Assembly: GCA_964016885.1 (NCBI GenBank)
Contig: OZ024740.1
Location: 148,304,001-148,368,000, forward strand
Source of the DNA: Eledone cirrhosa
Taxonomy: Eukaryota
Length of the DNA stretch: 64,000 nt
Direction: 5' to 3'
Shown here: piece by piece, positions 27,503-41,444 of the stretch
How the letters are laid out: each line of letters starts with the position of its first letter
Position numbering within the stretch: the stretch's first letter is position 1
Notes under the pieces: model-generated
Seen by the model: the letters and a program-made list of their open reading frames with translations, nothing else
Told to the model about the DNA's origin: nothing
Databases searched by the model: none
Program-made: the position numbers and the translations under genes

Positions 27503-27682
27503 GGAATCGGCAGTATCCGTAGCGTCAGACACCATGCTTTTCAACATAGAGTCATGGCCTTTGACGTTCTGGGTTCAAATCCCGCCGAGGTTAACACTGC
27601 CTTTCATCCTTACGGGGTCGATAAAATAAAGTACCAGTAATGTACTGGCGTAATTGGTGGTATTGTGCCAAAAGTAGAAACA
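27503..27682 (+). mobile_element. SINE copy
   Basis: ggttcaaatcccgccgaggttaac..gcctttcatccttacggggtcgataaaataaagtaccagt. Confidence 0.85.
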
Positions 27683-27720
27683 GTCATTGTATATATACAT
27701 ATATTATATATATATATGAA

Positions 27721-27756
27721 GAGAGAGAGAGAGAGAGAGTGAGGAGAGAGAGTGAG

Positions 27757-27819
<63 letters not shown>
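27721..27819. repeat. (GA)n microsatellite
   Basis: Directly visible. Confidence 0.95.
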
Positions 27820-27821
<2 letters not shown>

Positions 27822-28333
27822 GATATAGTTGTGTATGTGTGGCTGTGTATTTATGTATACACACACATATTCACACACACTATGCGCACATACATGCATG
27901 GGTATAATTATTTTATGGTTGTGTGTTGTGTCATTCAGCGGAATATAATGACTTGCACTCCCTGTTCTTCATATATTTTATATTTACTGATTCATTTCCC
28001 TTCCTTTGATTCAAATACTTTTCCTTCCTATGTGCCTGATATTTATATATTTGTGGAATCCGCGAAGAAATGTTGCATTAAAGTATGTATAAGCATTTGT
28101 ATGCAGCACAATATTATACAAATACACAAACACACATGCACACACGTAAGTGTGTGCAGATGATATATATTACACACACATATATATATATATATATATA
28201 CCATCTGCACACACTTAAGAGAACACATGGCACTCCTGGCCTCTCCACCTCGACCACCAATCTTCGCCTGCCGAAATAGTCGCCTACCCTCCCCACCATC
28301 TTGAAAGTTATTTTTCCAGCTCCGTTGTTCCAA

Positions 28334-28436
<103 letters not shown>

Positions 28437-29044
28437 CTCTCTCTCCCCATCTCTCTCTCTGACAAAAAATACGGGCAGCACAAATGTGTGTGCAGAGATA
28501 ATATTGACATGCAATGGAAGGAGTAGAAATGATCTGACAATTGATCGGGTCAATTGTTTTTATCAAAGTAATGTAAGAACTGCTCTACTTGTTTCAGTGG
28601 TCTATTAGAGATGATGAAACGTGGGAGAATTGAGTTTGTAGAAAATTGTGTGAGTATTTCCGTCTGCTGGATGTTGATTGTCTGACCGAAACAATAGAGA
28701 AATAAATAAAGAATTATAACGTCGTAATGACCTCATCAGCTTCCTTCTAACCTGGCAAGGTTTCGCGCGTAAAAAGGAAGTATATGTATTTAAGGCTAAC
28801 CCACGAAACATAATCCAAATTTCTGTTGGTATGACGCTGGTATAAAGAGAAATAAAACAAGACAACCGAACACTGGAGCCATGTCTGCATCGAGCCGTGA
28901 TCGACCGGAAAAGAGGCTGCCTGTTATTCTGACGGGAACAGCAGCAGTAGCAGTAGCAGTACGTGAGAAGACAGTGGAAATAGCAGCAGCTTCGGTGGTG
29001 GTAGCATGGTAGAGGGATGAGAGAGGGAGAAACAAAAATAGATT

Positions 29045-29093
<49 letters not shown>

Positions 29094-29360
29094 GACACAG
29101 ATGTAAAGAGTTACCTGTCCCTGGTACTGTTATCCGTTTATTTTAGAAAACTAAAATGGCTCAAATCATATATGTAAACATTAATTGAAAATAATTGGAG
29201 CGATTTGTAGGATCCTCAAACACGAGAGCAGCTGTAAACAGCCGGTTGTTGTGTGCATAGCATAAAGTCGGGTTGAAGTATAACCTCACATTGAGCGGAT
29301 AAATGCAGAGAGGGAGCGAACTAAAGAAAGTCTAAAGCATGAGATGGGAAATGAGAGGAG

Positions 29361-29392
<32 letters not shown>

Positions 29393-30082
29393 AAAAAGAG
29401 AAGAGACGAAATGAGAACGATGGCACACACACACACATATATATATGAGAGAGACAGATGCAGAGGGGTTAGGGGGAGAAAGAGAGAGGGAGAAGGAGAA
29501 AGAAAAATATAAATATACATTTATACATTCATATATATGACACACACAAACACACACACAAAGATATATGTATATATATATGATATACATGCCTTGAATA
29601 TTTGTGTCTACGTATATGCTTTGTATGTTTTGTTTTTGAATAGGCGTGTTGTATATTTGAGATTATATATGTGTGAATACATGCAGATCCATGACTCTAT
29701 CTATGTATGCATGTATGTATTACATGTATATTTAACATATATACCCATTATAATTATTTTATAGTGTATCCCACACCTGAATGATAATATAGCCTCCTGC
29801 TGTGTGTCATTGAAGCCCTCTCCCATGATATGATGAATGATATCCCCCTCTCTCTCTCATTCTTGTATACATGCCCACAAACATTTATATAAGTAAAAAT
29901 ATTCAACCAATTATCGGAAGTATTAGATTTAATTCCCAACTGTGAAGCCACCAGATTTTAGTTCCTATATTGATATGTGTCTGCATTGCTATAACATTTC
30001 TTTATATTGCTATTTGGGTGGTGTATTTTATCTAACCTTAATATAAACATTTTTAGATCCATTATAGAAAGTGTATAAGTAC

Positions 30083-30183
<101 letters not shown>

Positions 30184-30309
30184 AAGAAGAAACACATATA
30201 TATTCAAAGATAAGCCTAGATACATATATGAGTATAGTCTACCTTAAACGATGTGGCTCAATGAATGAATGAATTAAATAAATATTCATTAATCAGAATT
30301 AGATAAAAT

Positions 30310-30765
30310 TATAAGTTTGAAGTACAGGAAGATAAAATTTACCTAATTTTTCTTCTGAATCCGGAGAAATTAACTAAATAAATAATCAATTAAACGGAGC
30401 TAAGTTTAAAATGTAAGTTTGATGAAATAATAGATATATATTTACCAATATTCCTCTAATTCCCTTACAGTTTCAGCCTAATTTTACTCGACCGTAAGGG
30501 AGTAGAACAAAGTCAGAAGGAACACGTATATATTTAAACATAAATTGAAGCCTCATAGATAATGCAACGAATAATTATTTCCACAAAGTACAAGCGAAAC
30601 TGTGGACAGTCGGGACTAGAGGAATTTAGGTAAACATTTATCTATTATTTGTTCAAACTTACATTTTAAACTTACCTCTGTTTAATTGATTATTTATTTA
30701 GTTAATCTCTCCGGACTAAGAAGAAAAGTTAGGTAAACTTTATGTGCCTGTTCTTCAAACTTATA
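30310..30765. mobile_element. Fold-back MITE with about 155-bp inverted arms
   Basis: taagtttgaag...tccggagaaattaactaaataaataatcaattaaac... is mirrored by ...gtttaattgattatttatttagttaatctctccgga...cttcaaactta. TA at both ends. Confidence 0.8.
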
Positions 30766-30780
30766 TATATATATATATAT

Positions 30781-31012
30781 AAAACATGAGTAGAAAGAAG
30801 AATACTGCGTGGTTGCACATGGGTTACATATGATAAAAATAGTCCTTCGTCAGTGATTTTCCAACCATCATTGGTATTTCATCGCATTAAAAATCATATA
30901 CCTCATGTTGGTGCGAGCAATAACTAAAAAAAGTTATTGGGACCAGTAAATCGCGTAAAGCGAGGGGGACAAGTGAACAACATAGAAGGATAAAAGCAAA
31001 CCAAAGAAAGGA
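30781..31012 (-). mobile_element. (TA)n-flanked insert resembling the 3' part of 1604-2153
   Basis: Pyrimidine-rich stretch, then CTGACGAagg (30847-30853, minus strand), then aaccacgcag before (TA)n. The order parallels CTGATGAagg...aaccacacag in 1604-2153. Confidence 0.35.
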
Positions 31013-33416
31013 ATATATATATATATATACTGTTTTACTTACGATATGAGTAAGAAGGAACCGTTCCAAATGAATACTGAATACAACATGGTAGAGAATC
31101 TAGGTTTATTTGGTATCATTTATGCTCATATTCTTTTTTGTCGGGATGAATTATTTCAAATGTTACGATACGTAACTAATTCTGTTATTTACAATCCTGG
31201 CTATTGGATACACACGTCTAATATAGACGAGGGGTTACTATGAGCGATTTAGTTCAAATCTCATATTTGATTATGTTCTTATTTTTCGTCTCCTAGAATT
31301 ATTTCCTCGATTTATCGTTAACTATACTACAGGTAACATACCTTGGGTAGCTTCGATAGTAAAACCATACTGTTGACTATCGGCTATGGGCTTTTCAAAA
31401 TATATTACTCGCCAAACATCCATCCTTTACCGTCCTTCTATGACCGCTATGCCACGTGATAATTCTCCCCCACCACGAGAATGTTTTACTTGTAGTGGCC
31501 AGTTCATTGAGGGGTCTCATGGAATGCCGATAGCCTCACGGCCCTGATGCAATTTTTACATATAGCACATCTAATGGGAACATTGACTAATAACATATGT
31601 GTCTTATCCTACAAAATATAAAGCTATTCATTTTTTATAGTACGTTTTTTAATCTCCTGCATATATCTCTAAGATACCTATTACACACTTCTGATATTAT
31701 AGGTTGTCGTATTACAAACTAATGTAAATGCAAAGAGTTAGTAACCTATTAAATCAAATATGCATACTCAAACATAAATGCGTGCATGTATTTCTCAATA
31801 CTTGCTTACATATATCACGGACAGTTACAGCTGCATATCTCCGACTATCAAAACCTTTTTATATAAAAAAAAGGATAGTGAGGTAAAAATGTTTTGGTAT
31901 TTTAACGTCTCTAAAACATACAAGACGGTTGACTAATACATGACTTCTTTCTTCATCTCCTCTTTTCTTTTCTTTTTCATTCTCGCCAGTCTTTCTTTTT
32001 TTTTTCTTTCGTTCCCAAACATACTGTCTTTTCTCTGTGTCTATTCTCCACTGGACTAACGTCCAAAAATCAAAGTTAAACTAACACACTATTAATGCAT
32101 TGTATGATAATAGGTACATCGCCGCCATCATTTTAATTCATATAACATGAGGCAGAACAAAATATGCGGTGTGAAGCAATATTTGTCGATCACTAACACT
32201 ATTTTTCATTTTATTTGCAATTAAATTTGAACATGACTTGACAAACTAGAATCAATTCGAAACATTGATACTGTGCAGATGATTCAGTGAAATCCTAATC
32301 GCTATTTTATTCAGCAAGATGGAATAGAGTTGCATAACTGTGCCATACTACATATTAGATTCAATAAACCATCTTGATAACTTCGAATTCACACGCTGTA
32401 GCATGAGCCAGTGTAGGAGTGCATCATTTATAAGTTATAACTCGAACTTAGCAGTACAGATTTCAATAATCCATTGTTTTAGCAGCGGAAAAGGGTAGTA
32501 TTATTTCATGATTCGTATTTTTACAGCTAGCTAATTCGGACAATTCAATTGGAGTGTTAAGTATGTTATTAATGACCACAATTCAGTCTCTTGGTAAGAG
32601 AGAAGCTATGATGTAGCAACCGGCTGCGACATACTGTAGATATACCAGTATTAAAGGAGTTACCGTTATGTATATTTTTTAACATCTATTAATCATATGG
32701 TTACTTTGTACTGTGTCTTTCCAGTATTCTGAATTTGAAAGATATATTCTTCTGGATAGAATGTTTGATCCTCGTACCTATTAGAAAATTTGAAATAAAA
32801 ACTGTAAACTAGTGTATTATTCAAAAATTTTGTTTCCACTGTTTATAATATCATAGTATCTATATATTTATAGCTATGTGGACTGACCTAATGATATTAA
32901 CAATATAGGGTGCATTAAAAAGATAGTTTTAGAATATGAACTAGCAACCTTTCGACCGATAAACTAACACCTTTGCGACTGGGTCAGCTATAACTATCAC
33001 GTTATAGTATAATAAACAGAACTGACAGAATACTGTTTTGTTTTCGGGATTTAAATGTGCAGTGGGGCAACTGAAATGATCAGTTTAACACGCCTTCAGT
33101 GAAGATATAACAGCAAACTAGTGTTGTCGATTTATGATGTTAAAGAAGAGAAGTTATAAGAAATAGAAAAATACATGAATTTAATATGGATGTTAATCAA
33201 ATAGTCTATCCATGAGCTATTACAGACATTGGCGAGTTTGTTTTAATTCGTTTGGTTGTATGAAGAAAAAGTCACCAATCTCTTCCTCCCCCATTGAACA
33301 TTTCCATGGATGAAGGAAGATTCACACCCGTTTACGTCTTTGAATTGCTTTCGGCCAAAGTAGGAAATTAACTAACTAACTAACTAACTATATATGTGTG
33401 TGTGTGTGTATATTTA

Positions 33417-33516
<100 letters not shown>

Positions 33517-34711
33517 GGTGTGCGTGTGTGTGCGTGGGGGTGTGCGTGGTCGAGTGTGTGTATGTGTATGTGTTTTTTATTTAAAACTGTATGTGCTTTG
33601 CTTGCTGTATGGTGCAGTTGACAGACTAGTGACGTTTATTTATCTAACGGGTCAGCATTTTTTTATCTGAATTACCAGCTTGTAGGGAATTTTTTTTCGT
33701 ACACACTGGCATTTAACAATATTCTCTTAAGTAGTGTTTGTATATGTGGGTGAGAAAGGGATCTAGTAAGAGAATAATAAAAAAAAGCATGTTTGATGGA
33801 AGGGGATGCGGCTGTATGAGTATATCAACGTGAATGTGAGCTTGTGTGCTTGTGTATATTAAAGATGTATGAATACGCTCGGATAGACCAGTGAGAAAAC
33901 AAGAACCAGAGATATTGTGACGAGAGAAGAACAAAAAATATATATGAAAGAAAAAGAAAGAGGAAATTTTCGAAAAGCCATTTAGCTTGGACAAATTAGA
34001 AGAGAGTGGATATACGCGCGCCGCATGCGCAGTTAAGTTTATTCTTTCAATGATGGAGGTCTTGTGAATTTTATCTAACGCTTCACAGTACGCAGTGCAG
34101 CCATGCTGCGTCAATTTAAGGCATCCGTTGTTAGATTAGAATAATGGATAACTTTGTTTATTTACTTACTGATATACTTCTTGTATATTTACTGGTACTG
34201 CCACCCTACTTCCTCGTTTTTTTTTTCATTTTCGCTGAAGTTAAGTATTAAAGGAAGAAAAATTAATCTATTCCGTGGGCTGTTTAGAAGATGACGTTTC
34301 GCTCATAGTGCACCAATCTTACCGACTTTCTTGGCCGCTACAGCTAGGAAGAATTACACACACTTGCATGCATACACATAGATCGCATACTTAGAAGTAT
34401 ATATTTTCACACTCACAAATGCCTAAGTGTCTATGCGCATGAAGGAAATGAGTTATGCATAAGAATTAAATTATACTACACATACATATATACATACGTA
34501 AGTACATACATACATGCACACATACATATAAATTGTCATATAGATGTTTTAGGAAAATAAATAAATCCCCACATTTACGCTTTGTAATGAAATTGTTAGG
34601 AAGAGATATGTTCAATTAACTTCTCCCCAATACATGCCAATATGAAAGGCAAAGCATTTTGTCCGACACTCTAATGATTCTGCCAGTCTAACGCCCTTTA
34701 CTCCTTATTAA

Positions 34712-35155
34712 TAATGGTTACTGAATTAGGCACAATGCAAGGCCAGCAATTTCGGGAGGGAAAAGTCGATTAAATCAACTCCAGTGCGTAACTGGTACTT
34801 TATTGTATCGACCCCGTAAGGATGAAAGGCAAATCTAAGAGCGGATTTTGAACTCAGAACATATAGGGCTGTAAATCATTGACGTGAAGCATGGCGTTCG
34901 AGGCTCTGCCCATAATGAAAATCCATCGCCTTTACCACCCTATAAATAATGGTTTATGATTTAGGCACAAGATCAACAATGTTGGGGGGGGGGGCGATTA
35001 AACCGACCCCAGTGCATTGCTGATACTTTATGTTCTCGGCCCAGTAAGGATGAGAAGGAAAGCTAACATCAGCGGGAATGAACTCTGAACTTAAACGGAG
35101 GTAACTATATGGCGCAAAGCATGTTGTCCGATGCTCTACCGATACTGCCAACCCA
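34712..35155 (-). mobile_element. Two tandem SINE copies
   Basis: Family core and tail on the minus strand at about 34712-34930 and 34944-35155. Confidence 0.75.
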
Positions 35156-35171
35156 ACGTCCTTAACGTCCA

Positions 35172-35235
35172 ATTAATAATGATTTCTTTATTAGCTCCAC
35201 AGGGCTTACACGAAGAAAAACATTAAGGACGCAGC
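35172..35235 (-). mobile_element. Tx1-like LINE 3' end fragment
   Basis: Minus strand gtccttaatgtttttcttcgtgtaagccctgtggagctaataaagaaatcattatt. Confidence 0.6.
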
Positions 35236-35758
35236 ATTGCCAGGCCAGAGATCAAGTACTTGTCTAGGAATGTTTTCCATTTTCTATTGCTTCTGTATAA
35301 AAATCAAACTTAAAATAATCTTATTACAATGATGCTAATTCGTTAACATGAAGTAAAAAACGACTGCTCATCTATCACCCTCCTAAAATAAGTCAAAGTC
35401 CTTAACTACTGCCACCTAACTGAAGTAATGTACATACTCATGTTATCCCCTATTTATTCTTTCAACTAGTCCTAAAATGGAAATTGTAAGACTATATATA
35501 TATATATATATATACATAGGATATATATATGTAAAGTGAGAGAAAGAGAGAGAGAGAGTGAGAGAGAGAGGGGAAGAGAGAAATGTGTGATTGTGTCTGT
35601 GTGTTTGTATGTATGTTTATATGTATGCATGCATGTGCCTTGTGCGGTCAATAATGACGATAAATCTAATTATTGTAATTAAGCATTAAATTGAATCAAA
35701 CACAAACTCAAATATGTCGGTACGAGTATTATTCTCATGTAATGAATGTTGTTTTATC

Positions 35759-35798
<40 letters not shown>

Positions 35799-35992
35799 GT
35801 GTGTGTAAATATATATATATATATATGCGTGTATATATATATATATTAAAGAGTTAAACAAGATTCAATGAGTACATCAAAGAATAAGTTTTACAGTAGA
35901 TTGAAAGCACTCTACAGTAAAATATTTTCCAGAGTTATTAATATTAAAATACAAATATTAATAACATAGATGTTCTTTTGATCAATTAAATT

Positions 35993-36040
35993 TTATTATA
36001 CATATTTCAGAGGTACAACAGTACATCCTCATCAGACAAA
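35993..36040 (-). ncRNA. Degenerate hammerhead motif within a (TA)n-flanked insert (about 35848-36235)
   Basis: CTGATGA-ggatgtac-tgtt-gtacctct-GAAA-tatg-TA. Core and stem II are intact but stem I is poorly paired. Confidence 0.45.
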
Positions 36041-36232
36041 ATATAATGATACATGGCATACCCTGAGATGTTAAATGGTTAAGATTTAATTAAGGTAGTG
36101 ATTCACCTATGAGAAAACTCAACATTTATACCCTAATAATGAGAAAATGCGAAAACGTAATAAATTCGATAGAGAAGGTATGAGTAAGAAAAACGTTGTT
36201 TTAATGTAACAGTTATAGAGATTTTAAAATGT

Positions 36233-36282
<50 letters not shown>

Positions 36283-36682
36283 CACAATGCTCGCTATAGT
36301 CGTAACACTGGAATACAACCCACACAAACGAACCTCATAACAGCATCAAGGATTCCTTCGAACGACGCGCGGCCTGTAACTGTTGTTAAACGCTTAACAC
36401 CTCTCCACACACACACACATAAAGCCCCCCACTCCCCAGCATACAGAGAAATTCGGAAAACATTGACTTCATCATATAGAAACATATAAGAAAACATATT
36501 TCCCAGGACACACAAGTATATTATAGCTCTGTCCCTAGTCCTCGAATGTGCAGATGTATTTTTCTACAAATGTTTCGATTAAAGAGGATAAATTTACCAC
36601 TAATTCACAATAAATTGTAAAATAATTGTACTTATGATGTGGCAATCATACAGATTCATCGATGTATCATTATTTATAAAAA

Positions 36683-36719
<37 letters not shown>

Positions 36720-36807
36720 ATAATAATAAATTTGAAGACTAAAATCCAAAGAGGGCTCGATAAGGATAAATATATACCAAATATATAAGAACCGTAGAGC
36801 AAATATT

Positions 36808-36940
36808 TATTAAAATAACAGATTAAAGTTTAAGCAAAGAATCAATGCTTTCACTCGTAACGGGATCTTCTGAAACTTAGTTTCAGAAGATCCCGTTAAG
36901 GGTGAAAGCAGCGATTCTTTGCTTAAACTTTAATCTGTTA

Positions 36941-36948
<8 letters not shown>
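36808..36948. repeat. Near-perfect 141-bp palindrome abutting (TA)n
   Basis: Arms of 70 bp centred on 36878 (…tcttctgaaact|t|agtttcagaaga…). Confidence 0.9.
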
Positions 36949-37004
<56 letters not shown>

Positions 37005-37005
<1 letters not shown>

Positions 37006-37198
37006 CGAAGGAGGTGTGGTAAGGAACCAGATGGACCATAACGCACCAGAGTACTCAATACTTAGGGTAGTAGGGTGGGTAATAGGAAAATGTTTAACCC
37101 GAGGGCAGAGCTCAAGCCGTTTCGACGGCTATTTCTGGATTCAGAAATAGCCGTCGAAACGGCTTGAGCTCTGCCGTCGGGGTTAAACATTTTCCTAT
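37005..37198 (-). mobile_element. (TA)n-flanked insert of the 1604-2153 family ending in a hairpin (37082-37198)
   Basis: Reverse complement resembles 1675-1800. Arms of about 56 bp surround a GATT loop (37138-37141). Confidence 0.75.
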
Positions 37199-38385
37199 AT
37201 ATATATATATATATATAAACACACATGTATGTACTGTGTGTGCTTGTTTCCGTTATTTTTTACCAGGTTGGGTTATAGACGAGTTCCACAATTTCTTCTT
37301 CGTCTTAAATTACACCGAAGGCTATTGGAGTTCTTTTATTATCCGAATACCTGAAAGTATATTTCTGGTATATATATATCTCATATATTAATGTAACTAT
37401 TAGCACGAACTGAGTTCGTGTCCAATGCCATAATCCATTGGTTCAAACAGTAGTATCGAAATAAAAGATCCCATAATTTTACGGAGTTACTGTTGCAGCT
37501 TACAATAATGGACTGGTGCATTTTTGTTGTTACCTATTTACAGATAAACGACTAGTTTATTTCAAAATGTAACAGGTTATGAAGTGCCACTTAATCTTTC
37601 TGCTAAGTACGATCATAACACAAACATACAAGCCTTTACATTTAGTAATCTACTGCAGATTGTCAACTAACGTGAAGTGTAAATTTTCGTTAGCCCAATG
37701 AATGTATGACATGTCTCTTAAATGTAGTTTCACCTATCTATATAGTAATATTGTGTAAGTGTTTCTTCCTTATTTTCCATGCACAATTCACGAAATTATG
37801 TCCGTTGAATTTATCATTATAAATAATATGTTTATAGGCATTCAGAAATAGGATTTACATATAGGATTTTGATGTAGCATGAAAGAAATACTGGAGGTTT
37901 GAAGGAATGCGTCCGTTAGAGTTAAATTATTTTCTATGAGAAGAGATAATTCTTCATATTCATAATGCTGATAAAGGTAAAATAAATTCTCTAACCTCCC
38001 GACATAACATACTAATTAAGGTGAGACAAATTCAACATCATATTTTGGTAAATTATACAATCAGTTATAGTATCACTCAAACAGTAAATGCAATAATTGT
38101 ATGTTCATGGTGGTAGTGGTTGTCATGGCGGTTGTTGTTGTTGGTGGTGGTAGTAGTAGTGAAGATTATTGTGGTTGATGTTGTCGTTGCTTCACCGAAT
38201 TCAAGAAAAGGGTTATAGAAGTCAAACGATTGTTTTGGTATCTGTGCTGAGATTAAACAGTCGACACGAGACGTTGGAATCGAGCCACATCTATATCACA
38301 AGGAATCGAGATAAGGCAGGGCGAAATTATCGAGGTCCACATAGAAGAAAAAAGATGGCTTGAAAGAGACCATCTCACATTTCCT

Positions 38386-38434
38386 CTTCTTCTTCTTCTT
38401 CTTCTTCTTCTTCTTCTTCTTCTTCTTCTTCTTC
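38386..38434. repeat. (TTC)n microsatellite
   Basis: Directly visible. Confidence 0.95.
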
Positions 38435-39217
38435 AATCGTTTCATTTATCCTCTGTTAACTATAAAAGTAGACTGCAGGCGCTCCTTCTCAAAACCGACT
38501 GACGTCACATCAGTTCGCCCCAATGATAAATAACCGTAAATCAAAGTACACAGCTGCCATGTTTCCCATAACTAGAGCGTTTTTTACACAAAAAATAGTC
38601 ACTTGGGATTTGAAGAAAGAAGGAAATAACAACAAAATATAATGAACAATTAATTTTCTATCTAACCATCAACATTCTCCCCACGTATTCCACTTAAAGA
38701 CCTACGATGGCCATAGAACCACAGAAATATATTTGTCAGCAGAAGAAACGATACCTACATAAAACCTCCATATCATAAACTAAACGATCAGGTCTATGCT
38801 GTGAAGGTTACACCAGCTGAAATATCAAAAAAGTGAATCCTTGATTGGTATTTTATTTTATACAATTTACTAAGATTCTTGGTTAGAGACAAACCCAAGG
38901 TATAATTATACATACATACTTGTACACACTCATATATATCCATACACATACTTATATATAAATATATATATATATTTAGGTTTCAACCCGGTCATTGAAA
39001 TGATCATAGTATAATAAACCTTTCAAGGATTTACACAAGTCCAGCCTCCTGTTATTTTATTATAATTATATATATATATAAATGAAAATAGAGAAATTAA
39101 TGTGAGCAAGAAGCCAACAGTATTTCATAATATATAAGTGACTATAACGTCAAAATGGAAAATATATATATATACATGTGTGTGTGTATGCGTACCTATA
39201 TAAAGAATATATATGTA

Positions 39218-39222
<5 letters not shown>

Positions 39223-39316
<94 letters not shown>

Positions 39317-39347
39317 TGTGTGTGTGTGTGTGTGTGTGCGTGTGTGT
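39223..39347. repeat. (GT)n microsatellite
   Basis: Directly visible. Confidence 0.95.
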
Positions 39348-40769
39348 AAAAGGTAAACAGAAAAAACAAAAATAAAAAGACGAATTTTTGCTGGACTAGC
39401 ACCGAATTTACTTTTAATTAATGATTTAAAGATTATGAATAAAAGAGCAGATGCTGAAAAATATACATTGTCATAACTGAAATATTTTTCTCGGATTTAC
39501 ATCAATAAATGTTTTCATGGCACCTTCTTGATCTATCTTTTTTACAATAACAGTTTCTATTGAAAAAGGTGCCAAAGAATTTCATCTGCCTTGTGTCATG
39601 GACAATCATAAACACATCTTTGTAAGCTTTAGTTTACTAAAGTTCTCTTCCCTGGCCACATTTATGCCATGCTTGTGGCACCTTAGACGACTGCCAAATT
39701 CACCGGGATTTTAAGCTGGCTTTGTTTGTAATCAAACTACATATAAAAGTAATTCATTGCTCACCGGTTTATTGTAACATGAGAACTTTTCTGTAAATTA
39801 TAATTATCTATTCACAAATTTCCCGGACAGCAGTCTCTCTCTAACTATTTACTTCGCATTTGTTCCGATATAGCAGCTATAAAATTTACTCTGCTCATTT
39901 AAGAATTCCTTTTATGAAACAATATTATGGTTCATAATTCTTCTGGTCTTACATTGAGTGGAGCGATCGGAGAAGCTGTTGTCCAGCTTTGACTGTTGTG
40001 CGATGATATTTAGGGGCAAAAAATGAGTATTGGAAAAGTGTTTAGTATGACATCTGGTTATGAGACAGTAAGAATTATAGAAAAAAGCAAAAGAGTTGTA
40101 TACGCCTTTGTGGTCACGTGCCATTTTTATTTGAGTTTTAGGCTAACACAACATTCACAGATCAAAATTAAGAATGGTTATATAAGCATAATAGAATACG
40201 AGATATGGGATGTAAAGAAAAGTGTAGATAATGTCGTTATCTTTCTTAAAATCTAAATAGTAGACAATCCATCAGTATAAACTCACTCATTTACTAACTT
40301 TAAATTAGTGTAAGAAAGCTGAAATTAATATCATGAAAATATACATAAAATACATAAAACATTATTTTCAAATAAAATCTGATATGACATTTATGTAAAA
40401 AGCATTCGGTTTATATTTAATCACAGGAAACCTGTTGTGACCTTGGTTTACGAGCACCATTGATAGTTGCAATATTTTGTTTGTCTGTTTGTCTCCTTGT
40501 CTCCCTGTCTGTCTCTCTCTCTCCCTGACACACATTTATGTACACGTATGGATGTGCAAATCAAAGAAAAAATAGTCAATACATTATTTCGAAGTGGAAG
40601 CTTCATTTCATCGCTATTTTACACCGGGAAACTCAAAGAATTAACTGTGGGAATCCTTAGTTTCAAAAAGATGATATATATAAATATATAAACACTCTTT
40701 GATTGTAAAGGCATAAAATATAAAAAAAGCAGGGTGTAGGAGAAATAGAGTGAGAGAGAAAGAAAAAAA

Positions 40770-40781
40770 TAAAGAAAGAAA

Positions 40782-40857
<76 letters not shown>

Positions 40858-40859
40858 AA
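40770..40859. repeat. (GAAA)n microsatellite
   Basis: Directly visible. Confidence 0.95.
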
Positions 40860-41275
40860 CAGTTTTGCAGTTAACACTTGGCACTATAACCATCCCTTAG
40901 CTCATGTTTGCTAATGGTAAAGCAGGAAGAGCTCGGACTACAAGTGTTTACTTTGGACCAATGATAAACATATTGCTTGAGATAGTGAATGCACTGATAA
41001 AATTCGGAAATAATTCTCAACCGCAATTTGTCCTGACGAAATCATCTGTAATACACTGCATCAAGAGATAACAGAATATATTCACAAGCGTCTACTGTTA
41101 TTTTTCTTGTTATTTTTGTTGTTGTTATTGTTGTTGTTGCTGTTGTTCTACTTGTTTAAAGAAGGTTATTTGACAATCACTAGAAATAATGCCAGTTAAG
41201 TGTAGTGACTTTTCTAGTGTTAAATCAGCATGAGAATATGATAGTTTAGGAACATGTTTTATCATTATTCTTCTT

Positions 41276-41425
41276 ATCGGTAGAGGGTCGGACGCCATGC
41301 TTTCCAGCATAGTTACGTCCGAGGTTAAATTTGCCTTTCATCCTTATGGGGTTCGATAAAATAAAGTACCAGAAATGCACTGGGATAATTGCTGGCCTTG
41401 TGCCAAAAGTAGAAAGAATTATTCT
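41276..41425 (+). mobile_element. SINE copy (5' truncated, internal deletion)
   Basis: atcggtagagggtcggacgccatgc...gcctttcatccttatgggg...ggccttgtgccaaaagtagaaagaattatt. Confidence 0.8.
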
Positions 41426-41444
41426 TATTGTTTTTATCCGTAAT

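Noticed and set aside
28715-28772. Minus-strand GAAA-cct-tgcc-agg-TT...CTGATGA resembling a type II hammerhead
   Set aside because: The intervening agaaggaag cannot form stem I, and the stem II partners do not pair.
28881-29011. Short plus-strand ORF with GCCATG context (MSASSRDRPEKR...)
   Set aside because: Under 50 codons, partly (GCAGTA)n, and no homology recognised.
36560-36670. Minus-strand GAAAcatttgTA with an upstream TCGATGA
   Set aside because: The core box is mismatched and there is no stem I or II pairing.
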